Of a stretch of 10,956 nt of DNA, positions 6,865-10,956 are shown in pieces. The notes beneath the pieces are model-generated. The model saw nothing but the letters and a program-made list of their open reading frames with translations. It searched no databases and was not told where the DNA came from. Each line of letters opens with the position of its first letter. Position 1 is the first letter of the stretch. This DNA comes from a virus (lineage: Duplodnaviria; Heunggongvirae; Uroviricota; Caudoviricetes). The stretch lies in the IMG/VR virus record IMGVR_UViG_2639762982_000012, one strand, 5' to 3'. The translations under genes and the position numbers were made by a program.

Positions 6865-8061
6865 TCAGTTAGATCTGATAAATTCAATACGGTCAAAAAC
6901 TGCTTTAGCAAAATCTTCCGCGGCAATTCGCGCGTTCTTCAATGCATCAGCACTACCAACATACGTTGCCGGGTTAGCTGAAATAACAGTGTCAAAAGAC
7001 TCGCCGCAACGTTCAAAACCGTCAAGGCGAGGGAGGACGACATCGAGCATATCCCCACCGAACACTTCTTTAGCCAGGCTATGGCAATACTTATGATCTG
7101 CCTTGTTACTCAACTTGGACATAAAACCAATGTTAGTCGCAAGCTGGCACTCGCAGCCTTCATCCGAAATGAGTTTCACCAACTCAGGAAGGCGGGCAAC
7201 GTATTTAAGCGATGAGTGGAAATCGACAGTTGCTGGCGGCAGAGGTGTAAACAGTATATTGGCCGAGGCCAAAGCATTTTTCAGGAAGGCGTCAAGGTGA
7301 GGACCACTATCAACGAGGATAAAATCATAATCGCTCTTCAGCTTATCAATCACATTTTCTTTCAGGACAGCATGGATGTTCTGACCCGGTAGATGCTCAT
7401 TGCACAGCTCTCTCCAATCGGATGCAATAAAGGCATCGTCAATCGACGCAGGCATAACGTCAACCCCAGGTACAACAGAAGGAACAATAAACTCCTCTAA
7501 CAGCTCTTCACGGCTTACATTCTGCAACATAGCCTGTGCAGATGTTGCGTTTACGATACCAATAGAGTGTTTATGGCTTAAAAACATCGTTGCTGAAGAT
7601 TGCGGATCAAGGTCAATAACCAGAATCCTTAAATCTTCCATCAGAAGATGAGGGTGAGCACGCATTGCATGCGCCAGAGAAACCGTCGATACAGTTTTTG
7701 ACACACCGCCTTTAAGATTGGAGATGAAAATCACATACGCTTCGCTGTAGCGATCCCGGTATTTTGGCACTCCGCGATGTTCATATATGTCAATGATGTT
7801 CTGAATTGACATCGCATATTTCATTGAAGAGCCAGCAGGGCGCTTATCGAAAACATAACCCTTTTCTTCCATTTCACTTACAGCATAGTCAACGTTCGCT
7901 CGAGTCAGTAGAGGCAATTTTGCCAGTGCCGCTTTCGCATAGACCTGGTAAAACTCGTTCGCGTGTAGCTCATCCTTTTGCAACTGTACTTGTTCAGTCA
8001 GAACATTGAGCATTCTATTTGCTCTTTGAGCAACCTTGTGAAGCTGGCTGGAATCACTCAT
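6865..8061 (-). CDS. parA: ParA partition ATPase (type Ia, with N-terminal regulatory extension), 398 aa
   Basis: Deviant Walker A motif KGGVSKT in ISNLKGGVSKTVS. The long N-terminal extension is typical of autoregulatory type Ia ParA/SopA. Length equals P1 ParA (398 aa). AAGGA RBS before the ATG at 8059-8061. Confidence 0.92.
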   Translation of the reverse strand: MSDSSQLHKVAQRANRMLNVLTEQVQLQKDELHANEFYQVYAKAALAKLPLLTRANVDYAVSEMEEKGYVFDKRPAGSSMKYAMSIQNIIDIYEHRGVPKYRDRYSEAYVIFISNLKGGVSKTVSTVSLAHAMRAHPHLLMEDLRILVIDLDPQSSATMFLSHKHSIGIVNATSAQAMLQNVSREELLEEFIVPSVVPGVDVMPASIDDAFIASDWRELCNEHLPGQNIHAVLKENVIDKLKSDYDFILVDSGPHLDAFLKNALASANILFTPLPPATVDFHSSLKYVARLPELVKLISDEGCECQLATNIGFMSKLSNKADHKYCHSLAKEVFGGDMLDVVLPRLDGFERCGESFDTVISANPATYVGSADALKNARIAAEDFAKAVFDRIEFIRSN

Positions 8062-8104
8062 CGAAAGTCATCCTTTATGCTGTATTTTTGAATTTAATTA
8101 AAAA

Positions 8105-8155
8105 AGCTGCATAAAATAATAATGTATGCGTAGATGCTTGTACATAGCATTCTCT
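8105..8155 (-). promoter_or_regulatory. Putative parA promoter/operator with imperfect palindromes
   Basis: ATGCTTGTACATAGCAT (8134-8150) is an imperfect 17-bp palindrome carrying a -35-like TGTACA on the minus strand, with a -10-like TATTAT about 16-17 nt downstream (plus ~8115-8123). GCATA-N11-TATGC lies at 8109-8129. Type Ia par operons are autorepressed at palindromic operators overlapping the promoter. Confidence 0.4.
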
Positions 8156-8200
8156 GCGTGTTTGGTTCATTTTGCACGATTGAGAGTTACAAGGAGGGCA

Positions 8201-8222
8201 CAAAAAAGCCCCGTTCAGGGGC
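8201..8222 (-). terminator. Rho-independent terminator immediately after the inserted module
   Basis: Minus strand: GCCCC-TGAAC-GGGGC followed by TTTTTT. It lies 8 nt after the stop (8230-8232) of the 86-codon ORF and upstream of the parA promoter. Confidence 0.75.
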
Positions 8223-8229
8223 ATCAGTG

Positions 8230-8490
8230 TTATTTGCTAAGAGCAGCGAATAATCGTTCGAAATCGATAGTATCTATAGCACGCGTAAGCGCCGGAAGTT
8301 CAGCCTCAAAGTACCCATGTCGATCGTAAAAGATGGGACCGAAGAGCGAGGCATGTTGGATTCTACTTCGCCCCAGCCCGGACACACAGTTAAGCCCATT
8401 ACCGGCTAAAAGGCTAAAAAACTTCTCTGGATTATCGTGGTAAAGCTGGGAATCAATGGTGGCGGTTAACTCTTCCATAGGGAAGCACAC
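8230..8490 (-). CDS. 86-codon ORF; probably the C-terminal part of the upstream GIY-YIG/T5orf172-like gene (same frame, separated by one TAA)
   Basis: Begins with GTG and has no convincing SD. It is in the same frame as 8512..9039 and separated from it by a single TAA (8512-8514) plus 7 sense codons (YPWDTGR). No recognisable motif. Confidence 0.4.
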   Translation of the reverse strand: MCFPMEELTATIDSQLYHDNPEKFFSLLAGNGLNCVSGLGRSRIQHASLFGPIFYDRHGYFEAELPALTRAIDTIDFERLFAALSK

Positions 8491-8511
8491 CCGCCCTGTA
8501 TCCCAGGGATA

Positions 8512-9039
8512 TTAAGTCCGAAGCATAAACATTGCTTTCAGCAATTCACACTGAGCGCGGATCGCGTCCGGTTCATAGCCAGATATGGAGACATAAGCCA
8601 CGTCCCTCATTCCTGCGTCATCTTTGAAAGTCACGATAGAAGTAACATCCAGCTCTTTTTCGAAAGAGCAAGCAGCATCTACTGGACGCTGAAGTAAATC
8701 ATTCGACTTAATGCGCTCGAGAATCCCTCCCCACATATCATTTAGATATTCGATATGAGCCAAAACCTTATCAAGACACTCTCGTGTAAACCATTCAGTA
8801 TGCCCGCCACCTGCGCTTTTCTCCCACGGCGCATTCCAGGGGAAAAAGGTTGCGTGTAAAGCCCGCTCAAGATTAACCATTGCCAAACGCGTACCACGAT
8901 AGACCCGTGAAAGCGCAAAATCGGGACTCACTTGTAGCCCTTTAAACCGTGCCAATGGACCACATGAAATGCCGATTTTAAAAGTATCTCCGTTCTCCGG
9001 CACCAGAACGTAGAGGTAGTGTTGTTTCTCTTCTTGCAT
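8512..9039 (-). CDS. GIY-YIG superfamily (T5orf172-like) domain protein, 175 aa as written; possibly truncated by a nonsense codon
   Basis: N-terminal YLYVL-(10 aa)-FKIGIS-(6 aa)-R ... ALHATFF ... GGGHTEWF reproduces the GIY / YIG / Arg / Glu spacing of GIY-YIG-type domains in the T5orf172 / MUG113 style. ATG at 9037-9039 directly abuts the incA-like iterons. Weak SD. Confidence 0.6.
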   Translation of the reverse strand: MQEEKQHYLYVLVPENGDTFKIGISCGPLARFKGLQVSPDFALSRVYRGTRLAMVNLERALHATFFPWNAPWEKSAGGGHTEWFTRECLDKVLAHIEYLNDMWGGILERIKSNDLLQRPVDAACSFEKELDVTSIVTFKDDAGMRDVAYVSISGYEPDAIRAQCELLKAMFMLRT

Positions 9040-9073
9040 ATCAATACCACTGCTTGATGAGAACCGCGCAAAT

Positions 9074-9330
9074 GTTGACTATGCGCGAAAGTTAATGTGA
9101 ATAGTTGACTATGCGCGATGTGACTACAGTCAAAAGTTGACTGTAGTCGATTTAACTCCACCAAAAATCGACTATGTAAGATATTGTCGGGAGAAACGTT
9201 GACTATACGCGATGAAATGACCCTAAAAGCCATCTCAATAGCGACTTGCAGAATATTGACGCCAGCAAAAATCCACCAGCGTCAACGAATGTCGCCTATA
9301 GTCAACTTCTCGCTATCGCATATAGTCAAT
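9074..9330. repeat. incA-like iteron array (RepA binding sites, both orientations) downstream of repA
   Basis: At least seven copies of a ~15-bp motif, GTTGACTATRCGCGA. Forward copies at 9074-9088, 9104-9118 and 9198-9212. Inverted copies at 9291-9306 and 9316-9330. Degenerate copies near 9168-9180 and 9255-9289. A perfect 13-3-13 palindrome, TGACTACAGTCAA-AAG-TTGACTGTAGTCA, spans 9121-9149. Confidence 0.8.
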
Positions 9331-9331
9331 A

Positions 9332-10216
9332 TTATGGATTGCGCTTATGGATCTGGAAGCCGATTTTCCTGCCGTTTTTTATCTCTGAAAATTTAAGATA
9401 TTCAATAGCTTCCAAATCTTTCATAGCTTTTCTGATAACGCTATTTTGCACGCTAACGGATGATTTGAGATTAAGCCTTGCTCTAAGGCGCTCAATGCTG
9501 ACAGGTGCCGGGTTGGCGGGTAGAGCCTCAAAGAATGTATACAGCACCTTGGCCGTCTCTTTGCGCCCGAGCTTATCCAGCATCTTCAGCTTCAGGATTC
9601 GCTTATAGTCAACATAGTAAAGTTCAGATAGCTGTTTCTGCGGCTGGATCTCGATAACATCAAGCTCGGTATTCAGGCTGCTATATGCCAACAAGTTGAC
9701 GTTAATGTTATTGAGATGACCTTTTGCCGCCGGGAAGCGGAATTTGACAACTGTCTGCTGAATGCGTGTCAGAGAGTCATCAATACTTTTACGGAACGCC
9801 TTTGAAAGGCGCTTACGTGGATAGCCGCATCGATCGGCAAACTCGGAGAATGGCAGGGTGATTATGCCGTCATCATCAGGTGCGTAGTCAAACAACGCGG
9901 AGGTTATGCCCACCCACACCTTAAAATCAGTATCCATATCCAGGCGTGGACCATGTATTTCAATTCCCTCATAGCCTTCCTGCTCAACAATTTTGAGGCT
10001 TGATAGTTCTTCGGTTGCGTTCGTTGTGTTTGTAGTAACTGACGATCCGCGACGTAGTGCCACATTGGTAGATTTTAAGGTTGGCACAAACACACCTAAG
10101 CGCAACAAAGCGATGGGTTGTATAGTGCTATTGTTATTGGGTTTCAGGCTGTGGATTTCTCCTGTATTTCCTGCAACTTCTTCAACGCTAAGGAAGCCTT
10201 TATTTTCTTCCGGCAT
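9332..10216 (-). CDS. repA: RepA replication initiator (iteron-binding), ~294 aa
   Basis: Flanked on both sides by iterons. Start chosen at the ATG at 10214-10216, which has GGAG 8 nt upstream; the longer frame from the TTG at 10273 lacks an RBS. Internal motifs (QPIALLRLGVFVP, GPRLDMDTDFK) resemble what I recall of the P1 RepA family. P1 RepA is 286 aa. Confidence 0.85.
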   Translation of the reverse strand: MPEENKGFLSVEEVAGNTGEIHSLKPNNNSTIQPIALLRLGVFVPTLKSTNVALRRGSSVTTNTTNATEELSSLKIVEQEGYEGIEIHGPRLDMDTDFKVWVGITSALFDYAPDDDGIITLPFSEFADRCGYPRKRLSKAFRKSIDDSLTRIQQTVVKFRFPAAKGHLNNINVNLLAYSSLNTELDVIEIQPQKQLSELYYVDYKRILKLKMLDKLGRKETAKVLYTFFEALPANPAPVSIERLRARLNLKSSVSVQNSVIRKAMKDLEAIEYLKFSEIKNGRKIGFQIHKRNP

Positions 10217-10295
10217 CGTGGTTTCTCCATATGTGGCGCGGCCTGGCGTCATCTGGATTGCAGTTATCAACAACTGTGAATAGTCAGGCTCTAAA

Positions 10296-10397
10296 ATCGC
10301 GTACAGTCAATGTTTCTGTCGCGTATAGTCAACAATAAATCGCGTGCAGTCAACAATAAATCGTGCACAGTCAACATAAAATCGCGTATAGTCAATG
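10296..10397. repeat. incC-like iterons: five direct repeats at 21-22 bp spacing between the origin and repA
   Basis: TCGCGTACAGTCAATG (10297), TCGCGTATAGTCAACA (10319), TCGCGTGCAGTCAACA (10340), TCGTGCACAGTCAACA (10361), TCGCGTATAGTCAATG (10382). Same motif as the incA-like array, all in one orientation, two helical turns apart. Expected to overlap the repA promoter. Confidence 0.85.
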
Positions 10398-10436
10398 TTG
10401 ATCCCATTTCAGGCCAGAAATGGCGCGGCTTACAGC

Positions 10437-10510
10437 GATCCGGGATCTTCTTTGGATCTTCCTAGGTTCTCTTTAGGATCTGTTTATTGGATCTATGCTG
10501 TGGATAAGTT
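10437..10510. other. oriR-like replication origin core: five clustered GATC (Dam) sites plus a DnaA box
   Basis: GATC at 10437, 10444, 10455, 10477 and 10490 within ~57 bp, in RGGATCT-like heptamers. DnaA box TGTGGATAA at 10499-10507. One-mismatch DnaA boxes on the other side of the iterons (TTATCAACA 10264-10272, TGTGAATAG 10275-10283). Matches the known P1 oriR layout of Dam-methylated heptamers plus DnaA boxes next to incC. Confidence 0.7.
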
Positions 10511-10771
10511 GAATAAACCGGCCAATAAAGCCGGTTGGAAGGAAGCCGTATTATTCTACGCTCTCGATAAGAAGACCATGTTCATCGATAGGAATTTAAA
10601 TCCCAAAAAGATTAAAAAAACACCCAAAAACGGATGTTTATTCAACACTGCCTGCGTGCCATGAGTGCACCGCCATCAATTAAATGGATCTTATCGAGTG
10701 ATACTGTATATCACTGATGGTTTTTTTACTCCATTCCCCTGAAAATGGACGCAACTTCCCCGATGCGGCTC

Positions 10772-10956
10772 TCAGCCGCACACCCGCTGTTGCGCCAGTG
10801 GCTCATGCATCAGGACCAGCTCTGTCAGACGGTAGCCCCGCTTCAGCCCCGTAAAACGCATCTGACATCCGCACAGGATGCACTTTAGCGGGTCAACCTT
10901 CAGTAACCGCTGATACATCCCTCTCCACCTGATTTGCATCGCCGTCTTTCTCACCG
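10772..10956 (-). CDS. C-terminal 60 codons of an ORF running in from the right edge; CxxC-containing, function unknown
   Basis: The frame is open to the last base of the window and stops at 10772-10774. Contains ...DPLKCILCGCQMRF..., vaguely like Zn-ribbon C-termini of some transposases, but I cannot place it. Confidence 0.3.
   Translation of the reverse strand, partial: VRKTAMQIRWRGMYQRLLKVDPLKCILCGCQMRFTGLKRGYRLTELVLMHEPLAQQRVCG

Noticed and set aside
6718-7651. Plus-strand ORFs of 65-90 aa within parA and parB
   Set aside because: Antisense to parA/parB, which are strongly supported by motif, size and operon structure.
8191-8197. Plus-strand AAGGAGG as an RBS for a plus-strand gene
   Set aside because: No start codon or ORF follows at suitable spacing. 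The sequence is part of the flank of the minus-strand terminator.
8928-9233. 101-aa minus-strand ORF overlapping the incA-like iterons and the start of the GIY-YIG ORF
   Set aside because: Its translation is simply the iteron repeats read in frame, and it overlaps a better-supported gene.
9184-9608. Plus-strand ORFs (70 aa and 120 aa) across the iterons and the 3' end of repA
   Set aside because: Antisense to repA and the iterons, with no supporting signals.
9074-10397. Possible CRISPR array (short direct repeats with short intervening sequence)
   Set aside because: Repeats are ~15-16 bp with 5-15-bp gaps, occur in both orientations and flank a repA gene. This is the iteron signature, not CRISPR (repeats of 28-37 bp with ~32-bp unique spacers).
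10395-10664. 89-aa plus-strand ORF
   Set aside because: It overlaps the GATC cluster and DnaA box of the origin and has no RBS. Origin cores are not expected to be coding.
10698-10716. LexA (SOS) box
   Set aside because: Contains CTGTATAT but the distal half-site is CACTGA rather than ACAG at the required spacing. It does not fit CTGT-N8-ACAG.

Overview
This window reads as the plasmid-maintenance / late-morphogenesis junction of a P1-like phage-plasmid, with every supported gene on the minus strand. Going from high to low coordinates: a truncated edge ORF; an oriR-like origin (five GATC sites plus a DnaA box, 10437-10507); five direct iterons (incC-like); repA; a mixed-orientation iteron array (incA-like); an extra ~1 kb module holding a GIY-YIG/T5orf172-like reading frame split by a single in-frame TAA, with its own terminator; the parA promoter/operator; parA (Walker-type, 398 aa); parB (333 aa); a parS centromere with box A/box B motifs; a late-promoter-like palindrome; the major capsid gene (TTG start, Ala-rich N-terminal domain); a contractile tail sheath gene; three smaller structural genes; an intrinsic terminator; and the terminal ~197 bp of an IS186-like insertion sequence running off the left edge. 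The most interesting item is the module between the incA-like iterons and parA, which I believe is absent from canonical P1. Identifications rest on reading the sequence and on recalled family knowledge; no database search or folding computation was possible, and uncertain recollections are flagged.
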